Assembly: GCA_021647535.1 (NCBI GenBank)
Contig: JAKIUO010000001.1
Span: forward strand, 1-40,846
Direction of reading: 5' to 3'
Origin: Hyphomicrobiaceae bacterium
GTDB taxonomy: Bacteria > Pseudomonadota > Alphaproteobacteria > Rhizobiales > JAKIUO01
DNA length: 40,846 nt
Position 1 is the stretch's first letter, and each line of letters begins with the position of its first letter. The notes below the pieces were generated by a model. That model was given only the letters and a program-made list of their open reading frames with translations. It had not been told where the DNA came from and ran no database searches. This document shows positions 1-8,219 of this stretch, piece by piece. The position numbers and the translations under genes were made by a program.

Positions 1-1021
1 CAGCAATGATCATGGCGAGCCGATTGGCATCACAGCCCACCGAAGCGCGGCGCGGCGTGGCCAGCGACGAGGCCGCGACAAGCGCCTGTATTTCCACAAG
101 AACGGGCCTTGTCCCTTCGATGCCAGCGAATACGGCAGATCCGGGGCTATCATCAGCACGATCCCCCAAAAACATTTCGGACGGGTTGGCGACTTCCGCC
201 AGCCCGTCATTTTTCATTTCAAACACGCCGATTTCATCTGTTGCGCCAAAGCGGTTTTTAACGGCGCGCAGGATGCGGAACTGGTGGCCGCTATCGCCTT
301 GGAAATAAAGCACCGTATCGACCATGTGCTCGACAACTTTGGGGCCAGCGATCTGGCCATCTTTGGTGACATGACCAACGATGAACAAAGCGGCCCCGGA
401 GCGCTTGGCATAGCGCACGAGATGTTGCGAACAGGCGCGCACCTGCGACACTGTTCCAGGGGCCGCTTCCAGCCGGTCAGACCATAAGGTCTGGATCGAA
501 TCAACGATGACGATGGCGGGGGTCTTGCCTTTTTCCAATGTGGATAAAATATTGGAAATATTGGTCTCGGCACCCAGTTCGACAGGAGAACCGGTGACCT
601 TCAGGCGTTGGGCGCGCAATCGCACTTGCGCCGTTGCTTCTTCGCCGGAAAAATACAGCGCCCGATGACCTTTATCGGCAATCAGGGCCGCCACCTGCAA
701 TAAAAGAGTTGATTTGCCAATGCCCGGTTCGCCGCCCACCAGTATAGCGGACCCTGGCACCAGTCCGCCGCCTGTGACACGGTCAAATTCAGCATTGTCG
801 GTTGTCAGACGCGGCACATCATCGGTTTGTGCGTCCAGGCTTTCCAGTGGCACTAAAACCCCGCTGGTACGGGTTTTCTCAGGCCCACCGGCAATGCCGC
901 TGTTTTTTGAAGCCTCTTCAACAATCGAGTTCCATTCACCACAAGAATTGCAGCGCCCGGCCCATTTCCCGCTGACGGCCCCGCAGCTTTGGCACACAAA
1001 ATTATTAGAGGTTTTGGCCAT
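1..1021 (-). CDS. radA: DNA repair protein RadA (N-terminal about 340 codons; the C-terminus runs off the window start)
   Basis: Absent from the ORF track because the frame stays open to position 1. Translating the minus strand from the ATG at 1021-1019 gives MAKTSNNFVCQSCGAVSGKWAGRCNSCGEWNS (RadA C4 zinc finger), GEPGIGKSTLLLQ (Walker A) and AVKNRFGATDEIGVFEM (KNRFG motif). Confidence 0.93.
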   Translation of the reverse strand, partial: MAKTSNNFVCQSCGAVSGKWAGRCNSCGEWNSIVEEASKNSGIAGGPEKTRTSGVLVPLESLDAQTDDVPRLTTDNAEFDRVTGGGLVPGSAILVGGEPGIGKSTLLLQVAALIADKGHRALYFSGEEATAQVRLRAQRLKVTGSPVELGAETNISNILSTLEKGKTPAIVIVDSIQTLWSDRLEAAPGTVSQVRACSQHLVRYAKRSGAALFIVGHVTKDGQIAGPKVVEHMVDTVLYFQGDSGHQFRILRAVKNRFGATDEIGVFEMKNDGLAEVANPSEMFLGDRADDSPGSAVFAGIEGTRPVLVEIQALVAASSLATPRRASVGCDANRLAMIIA

Positions 1022-1022
1022 G

Positions 1023-2276
1023 CTAGCCTTCCTTGTAACGACGTTTATATCTGGCCCCAAGCGAGGTCAGGATTTCATAGCCGATGGTGTCGGCGATTTG
1101 TGCCAGATCATCGATAGCAATGTGAGAACCAAGCAATTCAACAGGAGCGCCGACAAAAGCCTTGCGCTCTGGAATGTCCGTTATATCTACTGTAATGAGG
1201 TCCATGGAAACCCGGCCCAGCAACGGAGCACGCGTTGTACCAATATAGACATAAGCCCCCTCATGATCACTACCGGAACGCCTATTGCCAGAATCCATAT
1301 TACTGGCACCCATATTACTGGCACCAAGACTACGAGGATAGCCGTCAGCATATCCAACCGGGATCGTCGCAACCCGCGTCTCACGCTTGACTGTGAACGA
1401 TGCGCCATAGCCAACGGCATCACCTTTTTGAACGGTGCGGATCTGCACAATGGTGCTCATTAACGTGACAACCGGCTTCATGGGGTTGTCAGATATGGGA
1501 TTATCAGATCTGGCAACCGGGCACCCGCCATAGAGGGCAATACCGGGGCGCAAAATATCGAAATGATAATCCGGCCCCAGAAAGATGCCCGCTGAGTTCG
1601 CCAGAGATTTAGAGGCAGATTGGGAGAGGGATTTAGAAGCGGTGGGCAGCTTTTTCAGGGCATTGTTAAAAATCTGCAGCTGCTTCTTGTTGCGCGGGTG
1701 GCCCGGTTCGTCAGCGCAAGCCAAATGGCTCATGATCAAATCAAATTTTATTGATTGCAGCTCTGGCAGTTCAATGAGCGCCTGCAACTGATCTGGGCCA
1801 ATACCGAGCCTGTTCATCCCGCTGTCAATATGCAGGGCTGCAGAAGGGGGCCGCTTTGTGGTCTGGCAAAAAAGTGACCATTCCACCAGCATTTCGATGG
1901 AACCCAGCACAGGGCACAATTTGTATTTGTGATAGTTCGCCGCACAGCCCGGGGACAGGCCATTTAATATATAGATTTTTGTGTCGGGCAAAAGAGATCG
2001 CAACAATATCCCTTCATCTTGTGTCGCCACAAAAAACGTCTTGCAGCCTTGTTCGTGCAGGTAAGGGGCGACCCGCTCGACACCCGTGCCATAGGCATCC
2101 GCTTTGACGACAGCTGCGCAGTGCGCCCCTTTGGCAAGAGCGCGCAAGCGAGCGTAGTTCTCACCAATTGCGCAGAGGTCCACGGTCAAAACAGCCGTGG
2201 ACCCCATATTGCAGCCGTCTGAAGTGACGGTCTTATCCAGATGTTCCAGGAAAGTCGATTTGCTCATCACATCCAT
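1023..2276 (-). CDS. alr: Alanine racemase
   Basis: 417-aa ORF with AVVKADAYGTG (PLP-lysine motif), IPVGYADGYPR and GRVSMD. The stop lies 1 nt before the radA ATG. dnaB-alr adjacency is classical. The true start could be an internal Met at 2267 or 2207. Confidence 0.9.
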   Translation of the reverse strand: MDVMSKSTFLEHLDKTVTSDGCNMGSTAVLTVDLCAIGENYARLRALAKGAHCAAVVKADAYGTGVERVAPYLHEQGCKTFFVATQDEGILLRSLLPDTKIYILNGLSPGCAANYHKYKLCPVLGSIEMLVEWSLFCQTTKRPPSAALHIDSGMNRLGIGPDQLQALIELPELQSIKFDLIMSHLACADEPGHPRNKKQLQIFNNALKKLPTASKSLSQSASKSLANSAGIFLGPDYHFDILRPGIALYGGCPVARSDNPISDNPMKPVVTLMSTIVQIRTVQKGDAVGYGASFTVKRETRVATIPVGYADGYPRSLGASNMGASNMDSGNRRSGSDHEGAYVYIGTTRAPLLGRVSMDLITVDITDIPERKAFVGAPVELLGSHIAIDDLAQIADTIGYEILTSLGARYKRRYKEG

Positions 2277-2364
2277 CTAAATAATTTCGCCTGACGGTCA
2301 TGTCTGTTCATAGCCCGTTTTAAGAGCTCTTACAGCGAAAATCTAAATATATGGCAAATCTGAC

Positions 2365-3885
2365 TTAATAGTCGCGGCGCTCTGGCACGCGGTCAGGGTC
2401 GATATAGTCAGAAAAGCGGGTAAATTCTCCCGTAAATTGCATTTTCACGGTGCCCACCGGACCATGGCGCTGCTTGGCGACTATGACTTCGGCCATACCT
2501 CTTGTGCGTTCCATTTCATCCTGCCAGGTAATATGTTCAGGTGAACCCAGACGCGGCTCGGCCCGCGAGACATAATATTCTTCACGATAGACGAACAGCA
2601 CGACATCGGCATCCTGCTCGATGGAACCTGATTCGCGCAGATCAGAAAGCTGCGGGCGTTTGTCTTCGCGACTTTCAACCTGACGCGAAAGCTGTGAGAG
2701 GGCAACAATTGGAACCTTCAGCTCCTTGGCCAGCGCTTTCAGACCTGTGGTGATCTCGGTGATCTCCTGCACACGGTTGGCGTTGGAGTTGCCAGAGCCG
2801 GTGAGCAGTTGCAGATAGTCGACAATGATCACCCCCAGATTGTGCTGGCGCTTCAATCGTCTGGCACGAGCCGCCAGCTGGGCGATAGAAATGCCACCGG
2901 TTGGGTCAATAAAAAACGGGATGTCCTGGAGCTCTTGCGAAACCCGCACCAGTTCACGAAAATCATCATCGGAAATCATGCCGCGACGGATCTTTTCCGA
3001 TGGTACCCTTGATTGCTCGGAGACAATACGCGTGGCCAATTGCTCGGACGACATCTCAAGGGAGTAAAATCCTACGCAGGCTCCATCTTCTGCATCGGTG
3101 CCCTGCGATAGATTATGGGCCTTGGCGATATTAAAGGCGATATTGGTGGCCAGTGCCGTTTTTCCCATACTGGGACGACCGGCCAGCACGATAAGATCGG
3201 AGCTTTGCAATCCGCCCATCTGGCGATCCAGGTCGGTAAGGCCAGTCGATACACCCGACAATCCACCGCCCCGGCGATAGGCGGCATCGGCCATTTCGAT
3301 ACATCCACGTAAGGCGGAAGCGAAACTTTCAAAGCCCTGACCATATTTGCCGGTTTCGGCCAGCTTGTAGAGTTTTTGCTCAGCGTCTTCTATTTGTGAA
3401 GAGGGCGGTTCATCAATGGTTGATTCGTAAGCCGTATTGACCATGTCTTCACCAATGATGATCAAGGTGCGCCTCTGTGCCAGATCATAAATGGTCTGGC
3501 CATATTCCTTGGCGTTGATAATCGTCGTCGCACCTGCTGCCAATCGGCCCAGATATTGCGGCACAGTGAGGTTTTCATCGACCGGTTCCTCATGGTCAAA
3601 GAAGGTTTTCAGTGTGATCGGTGTGGCCGGTTTATTATTGTGAATAAGCTGTGAGGCGACCTGAAAAATGCGCCCGTGCAAGGGCTCAAAAAAATGAACG
3701 ACCTCCAGAAAGGAGGACACCCGGTCATGGGCCTCATTATTCACCAATATGGCCCCAAGCAGGGCTTGTTCGGCTTCGATGTTGTGGGGTGCCATGCGAA
3801 ACGGCAAGGCGCTATTATCATCCGCGTCTGGCTGGGACGAGGATGAGATATCGTGTATATTTGTCTGTGTCATGGCAAACAGCAT
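2365..3885 (-). CDS. dnaB: Replicative DNA helicase DnaB
   Basis: 506 aa. Has the PHNIEAEQALLGAIL N-terminal motif, Walker A GRPSMGKTALATN, IIVDYLQLL, LSQLSRQVE and AKQRHGP. Confidence 0.95.
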   Translation of the reverse strand: MLFAMTQTNIHDISSSSQPDADDNSALPFRMAPHNIEAEQALLGAILVNNEAHDRVSSFLEVVHFFEPLHGRIFQVASQLIHNNKPATPITLKTFFDHEEPVDENLTVPQYLGRLAAGATTIINAKEYGQTIYDLAQRRTLIIIGEDMVNTAYESTIDEPPSSQIEDAEQKLYKLAETGKYGQGFESFASALRGCIEMADAAYRRGGGLSGVSTGLTDLDRQMGGLQSSDLIVLAGRPSMGKTALATNIAFNIAKAHNLSQGTDAEDGACVGFYSLEMSSEQLATRIVSEQSRVPSEKIRRGMISDDDFRELVRVSQELQDIPFFIDPTGGISIAQLAARARRLKRQHNLGVIIVDYLQLLTGSGNSNANRVQEITEITTGLKALAKELKVPIVALSQLSRQVESREDKRPQLSDLRESGSIEQDADVVLFVYREEYYVSRAEPRLGSPEHITWQDEMERTRGMAEVIVAKQRHGPVGTVKMQFTGEFTRFSDYIDPDRVPERRDY

Positions 3886-4108
3886 GACGTGATTCTCACA
3901 AACTACAATTGTTCATTTTTGTAAAAGCACAACTATACCCGCAATTCACATTTGCGCTGCGCAGGAAGAAAAAAACAGGCGTTTGACAAGCCGCTTACAA
4001 GGATCCACTTGACATTAGCCTCACGACAAGATTGCTGCAAAAAAGAATCGGGCAGGCAACAAAAATGGCCGGTCTAGCACAATAAGCGGGACCGACCATG
4101 ATTTCTAG

Positions 4109-4296
4109 GGCCATTCAATTCTAACGCAAAACTCGCTTCGCGACGGGGCCAGCCCCGAACCCCGCTGGAGGGACACCCAGACCTCCCGTTTTTCTATTTA
4201 AAATTACCAAAAAGAAGGGGTTCGGGGAAAACTTTCCCCGAATGGGTATGGGCAATAGCCCATTCGCAAAGCGAGGCAGCGGTTAGAAATAATTAG
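4109..4296. repeat. Palindromic intergenic repeat element, copy 1 (inverted relative to copy 2 at 24475-24662)
   Basis: Shares these blocks with the reverse complement of 24475-24662: ATTCAATTCTAACGCAAA, CGCTTCGCGAC, AGGGGTTCGGGGA, CTTTCCCCGAATGGGT and TGGGC.ATAGCCC. Two GC-rich arms flank an A/T-rich centre (tttttctatttaaaattaccaaaaag). Internal hairpin TTCGGGGAA-aact-TTCCCCGAA at 4221-4242. The right terminus is degenerate, so the end coordinate is approximate. Confidence 0.8.
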
Positions 4297-4313
4297 GTGC
4301 TCTCGCACTACTC

Positions 4314-4928
4314 CTATTTGCTGTCCGCTTCCTCACCGCCTTCTTCATCGCTCAGTTCGGCTTCGGCCTGCTCGGCCAGTTCACCATCATCGAAAACATC
4401 TTCCGCATCGATGGCCTCTTCTTCATCCTCACCATCATCAACAGCGCTGATGTCTTCGCCGCGTTCCTGGCGTTCGGCTTCTTCTTGTGTACGTGCGACA
4501 TTAATAGTCACAGTGACATCGACTTCAGGATGCAGGCTGAGCCGCACTTCATGCAGACCCAATAGTTTGATGGGGCGATCAAGCATGACCTGATTACGGG
4601 CAATGGTGAAACCGTTATCCGTGATGACATCTGTAATGTCTTTGGTTGCCACAGACCCATAAAGCTGCCCAGTGTCGCCTGCTTGGCGAATGGCTACGAA
4701 ATTTTTGCCATTAATTTTTTCGGCCACGGCATCGGCCTCTTTTTTATGCTCAAGATTGGTGGCTTCAAGCTGGGCACGCTGCGTTTCAAAATAGGCGCGA
4801 TTGGCCTTGTTGGCACGAAGGGCCTTGCCTGAGGGCAGCAGATGGTTACGGGCATAGCCGGGTTTGACGACGACTTCGTCTCCCATCTGGCCCAGTCTCT
4901 TGATGCGCTGTAGTAATATAACTTTCAT
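4314..4928 (-). CDS. rplI: 50S ribosomal protein L9, with an acidic C-terminal tail
   Basis: N-terminus [32 protein letters not shown] is typical of L9. AAGGAG SD lies 7 nt upstream of the ATG. The C-terminal 50 or so residues are rich in D/E. Confidence 0.94.
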   Translation of the reverse strand: MKVILLQRIKRLGQMGDEVVVKPGYARNHLLPSGKALRANKANRAYFETQRAQLEATNLEHKKEADAVAEKINGKNFVAIRQAGDTGQLYGSVATKDITDVITDNGFTIARNQVMLDRPIKLLGLHEVRLSLHPEVDVTVTINVARTQEEAERQERGEDISAVDDGEDEEEAIDAEDVFDDGELAEQAEAELSDEEGGEEADSK

Positions 4929-5021
4929 GTTTTTACTCCTTGAGGTGTTGTTTTGTGTGAATTTTTGATGAGTGGTTCGTTTGAAAAATGTTCATTTGAG
5001 CGTTTGGAAGCTGTCTGAAGG

Positions 5022-6023
5022 CTAGGAATCTGGTGCTTGCAGTCTCTGGCGTATTTGCGCAAAGGGTTCAATCGCACCCACGACAATTAAAATCAACGCC
5101 CCCCAGCCAATAAAAATGACAGCCACATAAGTGCCAAACAGAATGAGGCTGCGGGCTTGCCAGCTGCGGGTTACATGATGCACGACCGCCAGCCCCAGCA
5201 ACAGGAAAGCCAGCATCAGACTTCCAGCAAGGGCAGACATCAACAAGCCAGCCATTCCGGGTAGGGTGAGAGATAGAAAAAGGGCAACCACAAAAGCCAG
5301 AGAAGCTTTAAACGGATAATCCATGCTGGAAAAATCTGGCCACGGGCGAGACATGAGCTCCGACAGACGCACAATATGAGCCGCCAGCCACATATTCATG
5401 AGCGCGAACAGGCTCCACAATATCGTCGTCGCAGCTGGCAATATGGCCATTACCAGTTTTTTATATTGTGCCACCATTTCAGGTGTGAGTTGTTTCAAAA
5501 TGCCGGCATTGCCTGCCTTTGACATGATCAGGTCAATGGTCGAGGTGACGTTGTTCTGATAGGCCTCATAAGAAGGACCGATCAGCAGAACGGACAAAAT
5601 ACCAAGCAGGCCGCCATAAAGCGCAACAACGAGAATAATATTGCCCACCGGATACCACTCTATTCGTGGCTCTTCTTCCTGGGGTTGATACGCCTCTGAT
5701 TGATCGTCATGGGGGTGTTCGCCCTGCGGTTCCACAAGCCGATATAAAAAGGCATAATGCGTGATGAGTACACTAGGAACGGCAAGGGAAAAACAATAGG
5801 CCGTTGCGGGCACCACACCAAGGCTGGCCAGAATCAGCAAGGTTCCCGAAAGAGCGGCAATTCCGGCGGCGCGCAGGCCCCAGCCAAAACCGGCGATAAA
5901 GCCTGGCAGTGGGGCCAGATAAAACAATAGCAAGCCGATACCCGACCCCGTTGCCAGGGAAAGGTAGAGCACGGCAGCAACGCCTCCGGCAGATAGTCCG
6001 GCAATAAGTGGATTTTTCGTCAT
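5022..6023 (-). CDS. Polytopic inner-membrane protein of unknown function (DUF2232/YybS-like by context)
   Basis: 333 aa, almost entirely hydrophobic helices. One acidic/His-rich loop (EPQGEHPHDDQSEAYQPQEEEPRIEW). Sits between rpsR and rplI, as in other alphaproteobacteria. The family assignment is from memory of genomic context, not from a profile search. Confidence 0.75.
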   Translation of the reverse strand: MTKNPLIAGLSAGGVAAVLYLSLATGSGIGLLLFYLAPLPGFIAGFGWGLRAAGIAALSGTLLILASLGVVPATAYCFSLAVPSVLITHYAFLYRLVEPQGEHPHDDQSEAYQPQEEEPRIEWYPVGNIILVVALYGGLLGILSVLLIGPSYEAYQNNVTSTIDLIMSKAGNAGILKQLTPEMVAQYKKLVMAILPAATTILWSLFALMNMWLAAHIVRLSELMSRPWPDFSSMDYPFKASLAFVVALFLSLTLPGMAGLLMSALAGSLMLAFLLLGLAVVHHVTRSWQARSLILFGTYVAVIFIGWGALILIVVGAIEPFAQIRQRLQAPDS

Positions 6024-6104
6024 GCAAGCTGTCCCGCATTTGCGGTTAGAGATGAAGGATCATCGAGAGATCCTGAAGAATTCATCCCAACATTTAAAGT
6101 GTGC

Positions 6105-6133
6105 AGAGCTGCCCCAAACAAAGGGACAGCTCT
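6105..6133 (-). other. Stem-loop between rpsR and the membrane gene (possible internal attenuator or processing site)
   Basis: AGAGCTG-c-CCC / GGG-a-CAGCTCT gives 7+3 bp with one mismatch and a 7-nt loop. No clean U-tract follows on the minus strand. Confidence 0.3.
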
Positions 6134-6161
6134 ATCAAAGGTTTGGATCTTTTAAAAACGT

Positions 6162-6407
6162 CTAGCCGATCACATAAGGCAGCAAACCAAGGAAACGTGC
6201 GCGTTTGATGGCTTTGGCCAGTTCGCGCTGTTTCTTGGCTGTGACGGCTGTGATGCGGCTCGGCACGATTTTGCCACGCTCTGAAACATAGCGCTGCAGC
6301 AGTTTGACATCTTTATAATCGATGGTCAGGCCATTATCACCGGAAAACGGGCAGGTTTTACGCCGACGGTGGAAAGGACGGCGGACGGGAAGTTGTTCGA
6401 TTTTCAT
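6162..6407 (-). CDS. rpsR: 30S ribosomal protein S18
   Basis: 81 aa. [60 protein letters not shown] is canonical S18. It starts 2 nt after the rpsF stop. Confidence 0.96.
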   Translation of the reverse strand: MKIEQLPVRRPFHRRRKTCPFSGDNGLTIDYKDVKLLQRYVSERGKIVPSRITAVTAKKQRELAKAIKRARFLGLLPYVIG

Positions 6408-6409
6408 GA

Positions 6410-6847
6410 TTAATCTCTTTTATCACCGCTGGAGTTTGAACGAGGAGGACGACGATCATCGCGTGGACCACCACGTCCACCACCGCCGAAGCGTCCGCCA
6501 CCACGAGGTTTGCGGTCATCGCGATCAGATTTGCGCATCATGGCCGAGGGACCTTCTTCATGCTTGTCCACACGGATCGTCATAAAACGCAGAATATCAG
6601 TAGTCAGGGTCATCTGGCGTTCCATCTCGGCAACAGCTGCATGAGGTGTCTCAAGCTGCATATAACCATAATGGGCCTTGCGGTTCTTTTTAATGCGATA
6701 GGCGAGGTTTTTAAGGCCCCAATATTCGCTATTAACAACCTTGCCGCCATTTTCTTTCAAAACAGCGGAGAATTTTTCCGTCAATGCTTCCATCTGCTGG
6801 GCAGATATATCATGGCGCGCCATGAAAGTATGCTCGTAAAGGGACAT
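6410..6847 (-). CDS. rpsF: 30S ribosomal protein S6, with an RGG-rich C-terminal tail
   Basis: The track ORF runs 6410-6925, but S6 homologues begin at M(S/A)LYEH. I therefore place the start at the ATG at 6847-6845 ([18 protein letters not shown]). The upstream 26 codons look like leader sequence. Confidence 0.9.
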   Translation of the reverse strand: MSLYEHTFMARHDISAQQMEALTEKFSAVLKENGGKVVNSEYWGLKNLAYRIKKNRKAHYGYMQLETPHAAVAEMERQMTLTTDILRFMTIRVDKHEEGPSAMMRKSDRDDRKPRGGGRFGGGGRGGPRDDRRPPRSNSSGDKRD

Positions 6848-7097
6848 AAAGTTGAGCCTTTTTTGATTTTCACCGAACAAGAATGACCAGTGAAAAAGGT
6901 TTGTGACATGAGTGTCAAATGACATTTATCCGGCGCGGAGCCTCCCTGAGCAACTGCACCCCATAAGGGCTAAAGGCTCAAAAAATCAGTTCCGAAAGAG
7001 TGAAGACACGGGAAGAAAAAAGAGGCCTGACCTTAAAAGTCAACTCTGCTTCCCTTCCGTTCAGCCTCCAACCGGCCAAATACCATAAGAAATGGCT

Positions 7098-7126
7098 TAT
7101 ATAAGAACACCTAGGGTGTTGGCAAG
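7098..7126 (-). promoter_or_regulatory. Candidate sigma-70 promoter of the rpsF operon
   Basis: The minus strand reads CTTGCC-N17-TATATA, close to the alphaproteobacterial CTTGAC-N17-CTATAT consensus. The spacer contains the inverted repeat AACACC-cta-GGTGTT. This placement implies a leader of about 240 nt. Confidence 0.35.
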
Positions 7127-7146
7127 CAAAACCATGCGCGTCTCAC

Positions 7147-7175
7147 CTTGACACTTGAAACAGATGCTCTATCAG
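7147..7175 (+). promoter_or_regulatory. Candidate fabD promoter, back-to-back with the rpsF promoter
   Basis: CTTGAC at 7147-7152 is followed 15-17 nt later by CTATCAG. The -10 element is weak. Confidence 0.25.
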
Positions 7176-7220
7176 TGCCACAACCCCTTAAATGACGCGA
7201 TCACAAGGATTGAACCATCA

Positions 7221-8156
7221 ATGAGCAACGCATTCACATTTCCAGGTCAGGGCAGTCAGAAGGTTGGCATGGGCCACGAACTGGCAGAACAGTTTCCAGC
7301 CGCTAAAGCCGTATTTGATGAAGTTGATGACGCCGTTGGCAAAAAGCTCTCGCAAATCATGTGGGAGGGATCAGCTGAAGACCTGACCATGACGCAAAAT
7401 GCGCAACCCGCCTTGATGGCCGTTTCCATGGCGGTCATGCGTGTGCTGGAACAAGAGAAGGGCTTTGAGCTGGCAGCTTCCGCAAAATTCATTGCCGGTC
7501 ACTCGTTGGGTGAATATTCGGCTCTCGCGGCAGGCGGGGCCATCAGTCTTACGGATACAGCCAAACTTCTGCAGACCAGAGGTCGCGCCATGCAACAGGC
7601 CGTGCCGGTGGGCGAAGGCGCTATGGCAGCTATTCTGGGACTTGACTTTGACCCGGTGATGGCAATCGCCATAGAGGCGGCGCAGGGGGATGTCTGCACC
7701 GCCGCCAATGACAATGCCCCGGGACAGGTAGTGGTGAGTGGCACCAAAGCCGCTGTTCAACGCGCCATGACCCTTGCCTCTGAAAAAGGGGCACGCCGGG
7801 CCATGCTGCTACCGGTCAGCGCCCCGTTTCATTGCCAGATGATGAGCCCGGCAGCTGAGGCCATGCAAGAGGCTCTGGCCAATGTAACCATCAATGAACC
7901 GGCTGTCCCCCTCATTGCCAATGTCCTCGCCACGCCGATCACCTCGCCAGACGATATCCGGCAAAGACTTGTCGAGCAGGTCACTGGAACTGTGCGCTGG
8001 CGCGAATCAGTTGTCTTCATGGCGCAGAACGGCATCGAAACACTGTATGAGGTTGGCGCAGGCAAAGTGCTCAGCGGGTTAGCCCGGCGCATTGAACGCA
8101 GCCTTGAGACAAATGCCATTGGTACACCAGAAGATATTGAGAGCTTTTCGATCTAA
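7221..8156 (+). CDS. fabD: ACP S-malonyltransferase
   Basis: FPGQGSQKVGMG and GHSLGEYSALAAGG (active-site Ser). The start is placed at ATG 7221 (MSNAFTFPGQGSQ) with AAGGA at 7205-7209. The track start at 7155 is a TTG that would add 22 non-homologous residues. Confidence 0.93.
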   Translation: MSNAFTFPGQGSQKVGMGHELAEQFPAAKAVFDEVDDAVGKKLSQIMWEGSAEDLTMTQNAQPALMAVSMAVMRVLEQEKGFELAASAKFIAGHSLGEYSALAAGGAISLTDTAKLLQTRGRAMQQAVPVGEGAMAAILGLDFDPVMAIAIEAAQGDVCTAANDNAPGQVVVSGTKAAVQRAMTLASEKGARRAMLLPVSAPFHCQMMSPAAEAMQEALANVTINEPAVPLIANVLATPITSPDDIRQRLVEQVTGTVRWRESVVFMAQNGIETLYEVGAGKVLSGLARRIERSLETNAIGTPEDIESFSI

Positions 8157-8219
8157 CCGAGCCTGACAACAGGCCTTGGATGATTGGACAGTCACGAATA
8201 ACAGAACAGGAAACAACAA

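Noticed and set aside
539-547. Perfect DnaA-box nonamer (TGTGGATAA, the reverse complement of TTATCCACA)
   Set aside because: It is a single copy lying inside the radA coding sequence. One such match in about 82 kb of two-strand sequence is not far from chance, and there is no cluster or AT-rich unwinding element nearby.
714-1463. 249-aa plus-strand ORF spanning the radA/alr junction in antisense
   Set aside because: It lies opposite two strongly supported genes and is codon-aligned antisense to alr. Its Ser/Pro/Thr-rich composition has no motifs. It is a shadow ORF.
3983-4014. Two plus-strand TTGACA hexamers (3983-3988 and 4009-4014) pointing toward the repeat element, considered as promoters of a small RNA ending at the element's plus-strand hairpin and T-run
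   Set aside because: Neither has an acceptable -10 element at 16-18 nt; the sequences there are CACTTG and TTGCTG. I cannot support a transcript from sequence alone.
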